Shown: positions 1 through 13,990 of the stretch, piece after piece | Position numbering within the stretch: the first letter of the stretch is position 1 | Layout of the letters: every line of letters starts with the position of its first letter | DNA from: Paraspadella gotoi | Lineage: Eukaryota; Animalia; Chaetognatha | NCBI GenBank assembly: GCA_051294375.1 | Contig: CM119266.1 | Coordinates: 16,734,087 to 16,798,086 of the forward strand | Direction: 5' to 3' | Length of the DNA stretch: 64,000 nucleotides | Made by a program: the position numbers and the translations under genes | The notes under the pieces: model-generated | The model's input: only the letters and a program-made list of their open reading frames with translations | Told to the model about the DNA's origin: nothing | Databases searched by the model: none

Positions 1-736
1 ATTAATATAACCGTATGTCCCCTTAACCCTTTGTTCGAGGCTTTCTTGTTAAAGATCGCCCAGTGACTCGTTGTTATTGTAATTAGGCGGCACAATGCAT
101 TTCGACCAGCAAAAATTTCTAAGTATGTTTTTAATTGAAATCTAGAGAAGAGTCACTTCTTTTAGGTCGTTAACAACGTCGTCGTCGTCATCGTCGTCAT
201 GGTCGTCGTCGTAGTCATCGTCGTCGGAGAATCAGGGCGGATCCATAAATTCGCTCGCTCTGAATTCGAAGGAGGCGAAATCGTAAAATTAAAAAAAAAT
301 ACACCGAAAGCATTGTGCTTAACTGCTTATGTATAATTTGATTTTCTTCAGGGTTTTGAATTGTTATTAACAAATGACATTGTAAATCAAAAAGAAGCAT
401 TGATGAAGACTTGCGTACAAAGTCGAAACACGTCGGCTCAACTATAAATAAAAATCGTTGTCGTTAAAGAAATTCTTTTTCTCACTAAAGATTAAAAAAT
501 GGAATAAATCAACACAAGTCCTTTTTTTGATTTTTTGATTTATGAATAAAGTCATTCGCAACAATGCGCCGACCGCGTTGTTTTTCCCGAAGTGTGGTCT
601 CTCGTTTTAAATTGTTACGGCGTCGTAAACAAAGAAACTTTCTTTACTTTTGAAAGGCTCCTTGGGAAAAATGTGGCAATAAAGCATAATTGGACTTTGA
701 AAGAGACAATAATTGCTCCTTTTTTTCTGAGAGAGA

Positions 737-814
<78 letters not shown>

Positions 815-2988
815 CACTAGGGCAGTTTTTCGTTGAAACGACCGAAAAAAGTCAATCAGAAATTTGTTTTCAAATGAAATTAATTCGCTCAAAACGCGAA
901 CGAGTGACGAAAGAAAAGAGCGACGCGGAACACAGTTTATTTTTATTCTTGTTTTTTTTTTCTTTGAATTCACGAATTCTGGGTCACGTGACCGAAGACT
1001 GGATAAAGAAGAACCTGAGCAAACAAGCGACTTATTCGAGTCGAGGGGAATTCGAGATCCTCTATTAGAATGAATACGATTAGCGTTAAAAAAAAAAATT
1101 GCAAAATTTTTTTTTGAACGCGAATTGAGCGTTGAGAGTGAAAAACGACAATTCAACGAAACTAGAGCTTAATCTACTTTAAATGTTCTGTGCAGCCTTT
1201 TCAATATGTTTGCCTTTTCAAGTGTTTAAACAAAATGATACACCAAAAAAATTTTTAAAAAACGAAAGGAATTATCGCCTTGCGATGAATTTCTGTTCTC
1301 CTTCGGAAGCCTCTGAATCTGCTGAGCTCGCAATATTAAAGAAAAAAAAATCTTATCTCATTTTCTTTCAAAATTTAACAGACGAAACAATTCAGCTTCT
1401 TGGCAGAACTAGAAGATAAGGTTATCTCAATCTTGGTCTCTCAAATATTTATTCAATGTTTAAAAAAAATACATTTACAACTTAACAATTTTTTAAAAGC
1501 TTTAATTCTTAATTATACTTCGTTTTTTTTAAAAAGATTTTGTTTTTATCAAAGTTCTATTCCTCGTTCCACTCTCACATACCATATTTTCACACACTCC
1601 CTCTCTATACCACCCCAATCTTTACCCCCTATCTAGCTCCCAAAATTTCCATCTCCTCTCTCCCCAACGCCGCTCGTTTTCTTCGCCATTCTCGTTGAGG
1701 TCAAAGTTCAAGCGATTTTCCTTCTTATCATCGGAGTTTCGCTGTCGCCGCTTGATGACGAGTGGATTTTGGACGAGACGCCGCTTTTCGTCCTCCGGCT
1801 CTGTGTCCTCGCGTGTATTCCGACCGACGTTGCTTCTCTATTGTTGTTTTGTCTGTTTCGTTTCGTTCGATTCCCATTGGCTCAGAAGGGAACCCATCAT
1901 CCCAAGCGCTGCGTTCCATCCACAGTCCTAACTACTTCCCTCTGCGTTGGCAAAGCGAAGACCGTCCTATGGTAACCGCGCCAGTGACAGGAGGCGTCAC
2001 TGAGGGTCGGAAGCCCCAAAGCCAACAGTGAGATGCCCCATCCCAATGGGAATCACAGGCTGTTGCCACAAGCTTTTTCTTTTTCGGTCGTAATTTATCT
2101 TAGTGCACGCGCATCGCGCATGGCCTTCATTGTCGTGAAAACCAATTCCATGCGCTACCTTCTTCACCTCACTCGCCCTGGGTGAGGCATCAATGTTCGC
2201 TTTCCTTCTATTTTATGGCTTTCACCTAGGATGACCTTCAAACTTCACCTCTTCCTTCTTAATCACCTTTCACCCCTTTTCTTCCTTCTCCTTAGCCTCC
2301 ACAATTCACCAAAAAAATTATTCATATTTGTTCTCGACCACCGAGTCCGCCATCATCACCGCCGTCATCTCAAACTTCCTTTTCTCCTTCACTCATCATT
2401 CCTCATTCAAAATTATCGCTTTTGCCTCGAAAATCCTTTCTCATGGCCTTCCGCCTCGTGGCCTCTTCCGAGGACGCTAAACCGTTACGACGGTTCGCGA
2501 GCTTCATTTGTCTTTTTTTTTTTTCTCCTTCGCGCGACGCCGTCGTCGCGTCACTCCTGTTCTCTTCACCACTTCGCTAAGGTCAAAAGGCGCGAAGCTC
2601 ATAACTCGTAGAGGCTCGCCTTCCTTCCTCGTCAAGTTTACACGTTCGTTTTAAATTTCCCTTCTTTCTCCTCTTACTTGCCTCATAAGTCGCTTAATAA
2701 ATATTTTTACTTCTTGCTAACCCCGAAAGAGGGTCAAGCGATCGTTATTGGGCCCCGACGCTCCCCCTCATTTCACTAGTCTTCTTTTACTGGCCCATAA
2801 AAAATCCGTCAACGGCCCGCAGTCTCGGCCGCCTTTTCGACGCGCTGCATTTAGTTTATGACCAAAAAAATCTCGAGAGGGCGATACTTGTACGTATTTT
2901 ATACGTAAAATTGACACAAACCAAATAATAATTCCTGATTCAACTAGCAAAGAGCCTCGTTACGTTCGTTGTTATTGTCATGTCAAGA

Positions 2989-4440
2989 AATTGTGAGGTG
3001 GTAAGGTAATTGTAAGGTTCAGGATAATTTGCTCATTTTATGAAATTGGTACTACCAATATAAAAATTCTCCATTCATTCAATAACTAACCTATATTGCC
3101 CCTGACTGGGACCCTGGAGATGGACAATGGCTTTGGTTTAAGGCCTTCATCACACTTTTGTGAAATATGAATTTTAAATGCGATAATAACATTTCTTTTG
3201 GGACCTTAAAAATATTAAAGCTAAACATTATTCAATATATGAACAATTGAACATGGCGACGAAGACGTGGTCGAGAATGAAGGCGACGACGACGCAGAAA
3301 ATGTCGTTTCTGCAAAGCGACACTGATGCATGGCGCTGCTCAGGTGCGAGTTTTCAAGAGACGCCATAAATTGTCGAAAAATTGAGAATTTAGGGTCTCA
3401 GCGAAACCACCGAGTACGCAGCGATGCCGACGACGTTGCCGACGCTGTCGCAGACGCTAACGCGGAAGCTGATGTATACCACGACATCGTCGTTACGAAA
3501 CCACTCATAATATAATATAATAATATTCGTACGCTATCAACCACACTACGTATTTCCGCTTCGTCAGCGCCGCGCCTGCCGACGCTACCGACCACTGCGG
3601 GAACGTGACAGCCCCCCCCCTCATTCGTAACAGATGCCACAGCGAAATATCGTTGGCATCTTCTCACGGCGCATCTGCTTCCTTTCGACGTTCACTCTTG
3701 CGTCCCTGTTTGTTTTTTTGTTTTTTTGTTTTTTTTTCCACCTCGCGCCCACCGCGTCTCTCTCTTTCGTTGACAAAACTCATTCATCCTCAACATTTGC
3801 ACTTTCGCAAACCCCATTCCCGATTCGGCGTAAAACCCGATCCTCGCCGATTTCTATGAATAGAAAATTCGCCGTAAATTTGGAATGTGAATAGTAACGA
3901 GAATATAAGGGAGGTGGCGGTTGCCTTAGCGCTTTCGCCACACTCAGGGTATTTTACTAACACTTAGTGAGAAAAACAATTTGTTTAGCAACAACGATTT
4001 TTATTAATAGTTAAGCAGACATGTTTACTAACACTAACATTATATTTTCTGTCTCTACGTAGTAATGTTTTCAATATTGTAATGTTTCCGCTTACAATCA
4101 TTATTCAATATTCAATCTCGGCTAGCGTATAGAGTTGTTTTTTTTTTCATTTCCACTTTTAAAACTTTTACCTCCTCCTCTTTTTTTCCCCTTACCTCAA
4201 CCATCGAACCCTCGATGCGAAACTGAGAAGATGGCGAATGAAATTTACATGCGTTTGATGAAAGATGGCGGATCTGTCTCCAGGCCTCGAATCCAGATAT
4301 CCAATCAACGCCGACTCATAATTAGATCAGGGACGAACTCTCTCTCTCTCTCTCTCTCTCTCTTTCCTCTTTCTCTCTGTTTTCTGTCTTTCTGACTCTT
4401 CCTATCTTCTCTCACGCTTTCTTTACTCACATGGTACCAG

Positions 4441-4528
<88 letters not shown>

Positions 4529-7500
4529 CATCTTCTCTCTCTCTCACTCTCATGGTCTTTCGCCCTCATTGAAATTCAAAATAACGCGATTAAATCTTTT
4601 TGATTTCGTTCCAGCTGGCGGGCCGGCCTCCGCGGCGGCGGCGACAGCGCAGCGAAATATTAAAGACAAATAAGAGAAAAAAAATTGGGGATTCAAAGTT
4701 TTAACGCTGTTAATGAAGGTCGCCGAAAGTCAAAGAAGAAGCGTTTGGCCCGAGTCTCGGTGGAACGTCTCGTTACGGACACTAGATTGAGCGGGATCAG
4801 CGACAATGTTTTAAGTGAAAAAGCGTCTTAGGTTCAGTTAGCAAATTGGTTTAGAGCCTCTAAACTTGACTTTTGTAACATCAGAAAAAAAAGAATTAAT
4901 GAAACTTTCCAGTATATTCTATGATATTGTGGACGCAATATCTTCTTTATTAATACAAACATATTAGTTACATCAGGTTTACCTCTCTCTTTCTTTCTCT
5001 CTCTGTTTCTGTCTGTATTTCTCTCTCTCTCTTTCGAAAATACCTGTTTCTTTCGATTGCTAAGCGTTACGCCCTTATTATAACAAAACAGAACGGAGGT
5101 AATCTTGTTGAAAGTTCCAAATTGTTTGTATTTATTCGGTGTTAAAGTTGTAAAACTTGAGCGTATCTGTCGACCGGAGACAAATTTATTAGGCATGACA
5201 AAAGAGGTTAAATTGGTTTAAAAAAAAACGGAAGAAGAAAATTAATTGTTTGTTTCAGAGTCATGATATGGGCAGGAGATTTAGTAGTTAAGAACAATTA
5301 GAGGGAGACAGACGATTAGTGCTTATTTAAAAATAAAAATCATGTTACCTCCAGAAATAATTTGATTTTATTTTCTTTTTTTTATTGGCATGTAAAGACC
5401 AAATCAAATACCAAGAAAATTAATATTGATCGAAAAATAGAAAAAAGGAAAGAAAGAAACGAAGGGCGTTTGTTTTCAGTTTTGTTTTTGTTTTTTTTTT
5501 TTGTTCCAAGGAGGGTAATGCTTTCAGTAAGCTTTTTCATCAACGCTCACCCTTTTTTTCCCTCGTGTTTTTCCCAATGGGATTTCCATTAGCCAAGGAT
5601 AATGCGAGTCATTTAGCCTCGTTGCTTTCATTCTCATTTCCCCTTCAGCGCCACCTGAGTGAGACCAGAACGAGAGAGCGGGAGAACTCTTCCGTTGCTG
5701 CAATATTTCATGCTTCCTTTTGCTTTTTCGAACACTGTATCATAAATACTGCTTTCCTCTTACTCTTCTTGCGTTTGGTTTTGATAAAAAAGCGAAAAAT
5801 TCACGCGTTTCGCATTAATTTTACCGTTTTAGCAACGTAATTATTTTTTTTTTCTTTAGCTGCGAAAGTTTCCCCACCTGAAAATAAGGTCTTCACACTC
5901 CACTTTCATTCAAATTCCTTTCTCTGACTACTTAATTCAAAAGCTGGAATTCTTTAGGCAAAAATATGGCTGATTGAAAAAAGCGCCTTATCACGAAATA
6001 TACAAAGTCCTTTTGTTTTCCTAAAAGTTGATTATTTTTTTTTTTCAAAAATAAAGTAAATACGAAGATAACGTTGAGGAAGGAAATCGATGACAGCTAT
6101 GTACGTTGTCGGCGGGACGACGACGACGACGACGACGACGACATCGACGACGACGAGACGACGACCTCCCAAGTTCTTTTTTTTACTGAGAAAAAGCGAG
6201 AAACGTCCTTTGAATTTCGAAGCAAAAATAAACGAGGAAGAAATCAGACAGAAACTGCGAAGGAAGCAACGACGACGACGTCAACCGGGATCGACGGGAA
6301 AATGAGGAGAGATGAATTGTGAGGTGGTAAGGTAATTGTAAGGTTCAGGATAATTTGCTCTCATTTTATGAAATTGGTACTACCAATATAAAAATTCTCC
6401 ATTCATTCATAATAACTAACCTATATTGCCCCTGACTGGGACCCTGAGATGGACAATGCTTTGGTTTAAGGCTTCATCACACTTTTGTGAAATATGAATT
6501 TTTAAATGCGATAATAACATTTCTTTTGGACCTTAAAAATATTAAAGCTAAACATTATTCAATATATGAACAATTGAACATGGGACGAGGACGTGGTCCG
6601 AGAATGAAGGCGACGACGACGCAGAAAATGTCGTTCTGCAAAGCGACACTGATGCATGGCGCTGCTCAGGTGCGAGTTTTCAAGAGACGCATAAATTGTC
6701 GAAAAATTGAAATTTAGGGTCTCAGCGAAACCACCGGAGTACGCAGCGATGCCGACGACGTTGCCGACGACGTTGCCGACGTGTCGCAGACGCTAACGCG
6801 GAACTGATGTATACACGACATCGTCGTTACGAAACCACTAATAATATAATATAATAATATTCGTACGCTATCAACCACACTACGTATTTCCGCTTCGTCA
6901 GCGCCGCGCCTGCCGACGCTACCGACCAACTGCGGGAACGTGACAGCCCCCCCTTTCGTAACAGATGCCACAGCGAATATCGTTGGCATCTTCTCACAGG
7001 GCGCACTGCTTCTTTCGACGTTCTCTCTTGCGTCCCTGTTTGTTTTTTGTTTTTTTTTTTCCACCTCGCGCCCACCGTGTCTCTCTCTTTCGTTGAAAAA
7101 CTATTCATCCTCACATTTGCACTTTCGCAAACCCCATTCCCGATTCGGCGTAAAACCCGATCCTCGCCGATTTCTATGAATAGAAAATTCGCCGTAAATT
7201 TGGAATGTGAATAGTAACGAGAATATAAGGAGGTGGCGGTTGCCTTAGCGCTTTCGCCACACTCAGGGTATTTTACCAACACTTAGTGAGAAAAAATTTG
7301 TTTTAGCAACAACGTTTTTTTATTAATAGTTAAGCAGACATGTTACTAACACTAACATTATATTTCTGTCTCTACGTAGTAATGTTTTCAATATTGAAAG
7401 TTTCCGCTTACAATATATTATTCAATATTCAATCTCGGCTAGTATAGATTTTTTTTTTTTTCATTTCCACTTTTAAAACTTTTACCTCCTCCTCTTTTTT

Positions 7501-7643
7501 CCCTTACCTCAATCCATCGAACCCTCGATGCGAAACTGAGAAGATGGCGAATGAAATTTACATGCGTTTGATGAAAGATGGCGGATCTGTTCCAGGCTCG
7601 AATCCAATATCAATCAACGCCGACTCATAATTAGACTAGGGAC

Positions 7644-7689
<46 letters not shown>

Positions 7690-7844
7690 CTCTCCTCTCG
7701 TCTCTCTCTCTCCTCTCTCTCTCTCTGTTTTTCTGTCTTTCTGACTCTTCCTATCTTTCTCTCACGCTTTCTTTACTACAATGTACCAGGGTCTCCCCTC
7801 TCTCTCTCTCTCTCTCTCTCTCCCTCCTCTCTCTCTCTCTCTCT

Positions 7845-7876
<32 letters not shown>

Positions 7877-9622
7877 TCTCTATGGTCTTTCGCCCTCATT
7901 GAAATTCAAAATAACGCGATTAAATCTTTTTGATTTCGTTCCAGCTGGCGGCCGGCCTCCGCGGCGGCGGCGACAGCGCAGCGAAATATTAAAGACAAAT
8001 AAGAGAAAAAAAATGGGGTCAAAGTTTTAACGCTGTTAATGAAGGTCGCCGAAAGTCAAAGAGAAAGCGTTTGGCCCGAGTCTCGGTGGAACGTCTCGTT
8101 ACGGACACTAGATTGAGCGGGATCAGCGACAATGTTTTAAGTGAAAAAGCGTCTTAGGTTCAGTTAGCAAATTGGTTTAGAGCCTCTAAACTTGACTTTT
8201 GTAACATCAGAAAAAAAAGAATTAATGAAATCTTTCCAGTATATTCTATGATATTGTGGACGCAATATCTTCTTATTAATACAAACATATTAGTTACATC
8301 AGGTTTACCTCTCTCTTTCTTTCTCTCTCTGTTTCTGTCTGTATTTCTCTCTCTCCTCTTTCGGAAAATACCTGTTTCTTTCGATTGCTAAGCGTTACGC
8401 CCTTATTATAACAAAACAGAACGGAGGTAATCTTGTTGAAAGTTCCAAATTGTTTGTATTTATTCGTTGTGAAAGTTGTAAAACTTGAGCGTATCTGTCG
8501 ACCGGAGACAATTTATTAGGCATGACAAAAGAGGTTAAATTGGTTAAAAAAAAACGGAAGAAGAGAATTAATTGTTTGTTTCAGAGTCATGATATTGGCA
8601 GGAGATTTAGTAGTTAATAACAATTGATCAGTGCTTATTTAAAAAATAAAAATCATGTTACCTCCAGAAATAATTTGATTTTATTTTCTTTTTTTTCTTT
8701 TCTTATTGGACAAATCAAATACCAAGAAAATTAATATTGATCGAAAAATAGAAAAAAGGAAAGAGAAGAAACGAAGGGCGTTTGTTTTCAGTTTTGTTTT
8801 GTTTTTTTTTTTTTTTTGTTCCAAGGAGGGTAATGCTTTCAGTAAGCTTTTTCATCAACGCTCACCCTTTTTTCCCTCGTGTTTTCCCAATGGGATTTCC
8901 ATTAGCCAAGGATAATGCGAGTCATTTAGCCTCGTTGCTTTCATTCTCATTTCCCCTTCAGCGCCACCTGAGTGAGACCAGAACGAGAGAGCGGGAGAAC
9001 TCTTCCGTTGCTGCAATATTTCATGCTTTCTTTTGCTTTTTTCGAACACTGTATCATAAATACTGCTTTCTCTCTCTTATCTTGCGCGTTTCTCATCTTC
9101 TTGTGGTTTTTTGAAAAAAAGCGAAAATTGACGCGTTTCGCATTAATTTTACCGTTTTAGCAACGTAATTATTATTTTTTTTCTTAAGCTGCGAAAGTTT
9201 CCCCACCTGAAAATAAAGTCTCTACACTCCACTTTCATTCAAATTCCTTTCTCTGACTACTTCATTCAAAAGCTGGAATTCTTTAGGCAAAAATATGGCT
9301 GATTGAAAAAAGCGCCTTATCACGAAATATACAAAGTCCTTTTGTTTTCCTAAAAGTTGATTATTTTTTTTTTCAATAAAGTAAATACGAAGATAAACGT
9401 TGAGGAAGGAAATCGATGACAGCTATGTACGCTGTCGGCGGGACGACGACGACGACGACGACATCGACGACGACGATGACGACGACCTCCCAAGTTCTTT
9501 TTTTTACTGAGAAAAAGCGAGAAACGTCCTTTGAATTTCGAAGCAAAAATAAACGAGGAAGAATCAGACAGAAACTGCGAAGGAAGCAACGACGACGACG
9601 TCAACCAGGATCGACGGGGAAG
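2989..9622. repeat. Tandem segmental duplication, two copies of ~3.3 kb (~2989-6300 and ~6315-9622)
   Basis: Both copies start AATTGTGAGGTGGTAAGGTAATTG (2989, 6315) and end near GGATCGACGGG. They are collinear throughout and differ mainly by small indels and microsatellite lengths. Confidence 0.95.
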
Positions 9623-9675
9623 ATTAACGTCATTGCGTTGATAACTGTTGACTTTGGGGTTCTTTATTTTCAAAG

Positions 9676-9748
<73 letters not shown>

Positions 9749-9852
9749 CGAGAGGGTTCTCACCCGCAATTAGTGAATTACGACAGACGGTAAAATCCAA
9801 TTAACCCGCTTCTTTCGGATTTTAGCCACGCCTTTGGGACCGGACCCCATCT

Positions 9853-9927
<75 letters not shown>

Positions 9928-10344
9928 GCGAGAGGGAGATAGAAGGGGGGGATCACAAGTATGGTCATCCTTCAGATCGTTCCCCCGGGGGCGGTGTTGG
10001 GGCGGCCCCGCGGGGGTGGCTCGCGGAGGGCGGGCCCCGAGGGCAGACAAGATCCTTACGCCAAGGGCGGCCCCCTGTACGCCTCTTTTTTGGAGCCCCA
10101 AGGGCCACTCCAGGGGATCCCCCAGGGGCTATAAAAAACCTTGCCCCCCTGGGGCTACCCCAGGGGAATGGATTTTCTGCCCCTGGAACGGCTCTCTCTC
10201 CTCTCTATCTCTCTCTCTCTACTCTCTCCCTCTCTTCTCTCTCTTCTCTATCTATTATATATTTTCATCTTTCATTACAATAAATTATAAAAAAAAATAA
10301 TATTTTTCACTTCAATTAATTCAATCAATGAAACCAATAGCTGC

Positions 10345-10850
10345 ACCAATACAACTTGCATATTGGTCACCTTGCATAATTATCAATTGATCATAATTTG
10401 GTCCACTGACATAAATGGTCAACTGATATAATTAATCAACTTTAAAATTTGGTAACTTTTATAATTTGGTAAACTTTTATATTGGTAATTTTTTTATAAT
10501 TTAGTTTAACTGCTTAATTTGGTTAACCTTCCTAATTGGCTAAACTTTATAATTTGGTAAACTTTATTATTGTAATTTCATTTGGTAAAACTATCATATT
10601 TGGTAAACTTTTCATATTGAAAACTTCTTTAATCAATTTGCATAATTAAATCACTCGCATAATTGGTCAACTTGCATAATTTGGTCAATTCATAGATTTG
10701 TGCAATGGCAAAATTGGTACAACTGTTATAAATTGTTAATTTGCTTAATTTAGTCAACATCATAATTTGGTCAACTTGCATATTTTGGTCAAATTTAGAT
10801 AATTTGGACAACTGGATAATTTGGTCAAATTAATTAATTTGGTCAACAAT
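10345..10850. repeat. Degenerate ~17-18 bp minisatellite (consensus ~GGTCAACTTGCATAATTT)
   Basis: Repeated AATTTGGT(C/A)AAC units at ~17-19 bp spacing. Confidence 0.85.
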
Positions 10851-10982
10851 CAACTTAACAATTAGCTATTAATAATTTTATCGATAGAAATAAAAAAAAG
10901 AAGAGAGAAATAAAGTGCAAAAAAATGTTTTAATAATGTTCAAGTAAAAGTAACTTTTTGTTTTCATTAAAACTTACTTTCA

Positions 10983-11175
10983 TTTTCTACCCACACACAA
11001 AATTTTATCTTAACAAATTTATAGAATAAAAATTCATTATAAAAATTAATTAATTAAAAAATTTTAATTGATTATAATTAATCAGTCTTTAGTCCATCCC
11101 ATATTAGCATTAAACTCCAATTATTCCGTGTATAAATAGATGGATTGGAATAAAATTTTGTGTGTGGGTAGAAAA
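10983..11175. mobile_element. MITE-like element with perfect 26-bp inverted repeats
   Basis: TTTTCTACCCACACACAAAATTTTAT (10983-11008) is the exact reverse complement of 11150-11175; AT-rich spacer. Confidence 0.6.
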
Positions 11176-12275
11176 GTATGTGATTGAGCGAGATATAAAG
11201 TTTGCTCACTCTCTCTCTCAAATCGTCAGCCTGTACTTAACAACGTGAGTTCATCTTAAACCATCTACAACTGACGATTATAATTACAAATCTTAAATAA
11301 AATAAAATTATATTTACGATGTAGAACTCGTTTAGTGTTTGATGAATAGTTTTTATTGTTTTTTTGGGGGACTCCATAATTCACTAAGTAGGTCTGGTCA
11401 GTCACTGCCCATTATTTGTTTGTGGTGATTATTTAATTTCTTTTTAAACATCAATTATGAATATTTGTTTTTAAAAATTATGTCTCTCTATCAGTCTATC
11501 AGTATGTCCATCCAACAAAAAAAAAAAAAAAAAAAATAAAATTAAAGCTTTTTACACTAAATGTTGTGGCTACGTCCTACATTGTTTGGTTAAAACTTGT
11601 TTCTAATCTTTTAACTGAAATAAAATAATTGGGTTAAAAAATACAAATTATTATAATTTTTAGATAAAATATGGAATAAATAGTTAACAATAATTTGAAA
11701 ATATACATATTTAATTCAGTTACATAAAACAAGTCTTGAAAGAGAGAAAAAAAAGATCTATAGAAGAGAAAAAAAAGAGAGGAGAAGAAAAAAAAAAGAG
11801 TGAATGAGAAAAAGGAGAAAGAGAAAAAGAGAGAGAGAGAAAAAGAAAAAAGGGAGAGAGAAAGAGAAGAGTACAGACAGGGAGAAATATTTCAGATTAA
11901 TAACATAGTCAGAAAGTTATATTTTTCTCATCTAAACTTTGCTTCTCTTTTAACTCGCCCCTGGGGGAGCAGTTTTTTGGCTCCCAAGGGGTACCCCAGG
12001 GGCAGACTATTTTTTGGCCACCAGCGGGGCTAAGCATAGGGGCGCCCCTAATAACCCAAATGTTGGCCCCAGGGACCCCCTGGGGCGGCCCCCCTGGGCA
12101 ATCCAGGGGGCGCCCCTCAATGACCATTTGCTGCTCCCCTGGATAGTCTGCCCCTGGGGCCGCCCCTAGAGCCGCCCCGCGGGCGCGAGGATTTGGAGAT
12201 GACATATCTCGGGATCAGGCCAAGTAATTTATTTCGTCGTGAGAGTCGGGGTCGAAGTTTGTTGCTTTTCCTCTA

Positions 12276-12300
12276 NNNNNNNNNNNNNNNNNNNNNNNNN
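12276..12300. other. Assembly gap (further gaps at 28463-28472 and 37843-37867)
   Basis: Runs of N. Confidence 1.
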
Positions 12301-13927
12301 GAAGGGAAAGATCCTCGCAAGGAGACACTCGCGCTTCCACTCAAGGGAAACGAAGGTTAGGGGAGGAGGGAGCGAAATGGGTAAAGGGAGAAGGGTGACA
12401 AAGGGAAGAAGGTAGAAGGTTGACGGGTGAGGGATGAATGATTGCCTCCGAAAGGCAACGATGAATTAAGGGGTGACGCGTTGAAAATCTGACGAAAAAT
12501 ATTTAATAAAATACTAAATATACTGAGTCAACTTGGCATTGAGTTAGATTCCGGAATCGACTGAACAGTGAACAAGGCTCGATTTAAAATAGCAAAAAAC
12601 AAAAAAGACCCGGGGCACTTCCGGGTAGACGGCGCTAATGGAAAGAAAGTGGTCGAGACTCGATGAGGTCAAAGTAGAGAAAGAGGAAGGAATTGGATTT
12701 ATGATGTTGTGACCTGCTCATGAAGCGGGAGGGAGAGGAGGCGCGGGTTCGGGAGACGCCCAGAGATGGATGGCGAAGACACGGCGGGTCATCCACCGAA
12801 CGGGAAAGAAGGGAAAGGGACGATGAGACTAGGGGACCCCGGGTAAGGTTTGTAGGGCAAAAAGGGATTGTAAGCCATGGAAATAATTATCGGGTTTTAA
12901 AAAAATTTACGTTTGAAAAGCAATGAAAGGATATGTCTGCTCTTTCGACGCGTGACATCGAATGTTGATACGCAAACTAAACTTTTTTTTAAATTAACAG
13001 TAAAATGAATGAAACGAGGTTTTGCGAGAATATTAATCAAAAATTCGGAAAAGACATTTAGCGATGGATCGACGACACGAAGTGGCTGAAAGTAAAGAAA
13101 GAAGTATCACTCATTAAGCCGAAGAAAAGTACCATTTTTCAACAATAAACTAAGTTTATGTTCGCAACATTTTTAAGAAATCATTATGATATAGTAGTTG
13201 TTTCTTGACGAGTTATTTGGATTGTTAAGAGACATGTCGTCAACTCATTTTAAGGATAGCAAGAAACTGCTTGGCGTCGGGGTGAAAGAGGATGCAAATG
13301 AGGCGTGGAAGAGGAAGCGAGGTCAGCCTACCCCGGGGTCAGGGAGCCATGTTTTGAAGTTGGGGCTCTGAGGTCACGAGAGCCCCGGAAGTCGAAAGCT
13401 GATTGGTGGTCGATGGTTGGGTTTTTGGAAATAGGAGCTGCTAAAAAAAGCGAGACCGGAAGAGAATTTTGATATGTTAAAACTTAAATTTGTAATTCAA
13501 CTAATACTGTATTCTTTTATACGTCTATAGTATCTAGACTCTTCATATTGTTCGACCATGAAAAAGTCTTTATTTTTCTCATTCACACCGCTCCATTGTA
13601 CTGTCCTCAGATCGCCTAGTTCTTATAGTTATGGAGAATATAAATTATATAAAAGATAGAAATATAAATTGGTTCGAACAAAAAAAGGACACAAAGCTGT
13701 TGTTCGTAAATGGAAGACTCGATGAGCCGCCCTCCGCTGGCTTCTCTCAATGAGAGTCCCATTCCTCTTCTTCTCACCTGTTCGCTCTCAAAATTGGTTC
13801 TCGTCTTCTGTCGTTTCCGACGGCGAAACAAGAATTGATTGATCCTCGTCAATTTCCGAGGGAAAATCACGAAGGGTGGAAGGAAAGCAATAAGTGGCGA
13901 AATTGGAAGGCGGGCGAGATGGAAACA

Positions 13928-13990
<63 letters not shown>

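Larger units (their letters stand above)
9951..12216. mobile_element. Non-autonomous foldback/TIR-type element with long diverged inverted termini
   Basis: Left end GATCACAAGTATGGTCATCCTTCAGATC...GGGGCGG...GGGGCGGCCCC...GGGCAGAC matches the reverse complement of the right end (GATCCCGAGATATGTCATCTCCAAATC...GGGGCGG...GGGGCGGCCCCAGGGGCAGAC). Both arms are rich in CCCCWGGGG palindromes, with TC-rich (left) and AG-rich (right) tracts inside them. The interior is AT-rich and has no transposase ORF. Confidence 0.7.

Noticed and set aside
592-1156. ORFs with poly-ER or poly-SL, here and at many other (GA)n/(TC)n tracts
   Set aside because: Stop-free frames created by dinucleotide microsatellites; no domain or splice support.
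1925-2075. Telomerase RNA, 7SK or H/ACA RNA assignment
   Set aside because: Only CCTAAC (too short for a template), no 7SK GAUC motifs and no ANANNA H box in the right place; kept only as an unassigned structured region.
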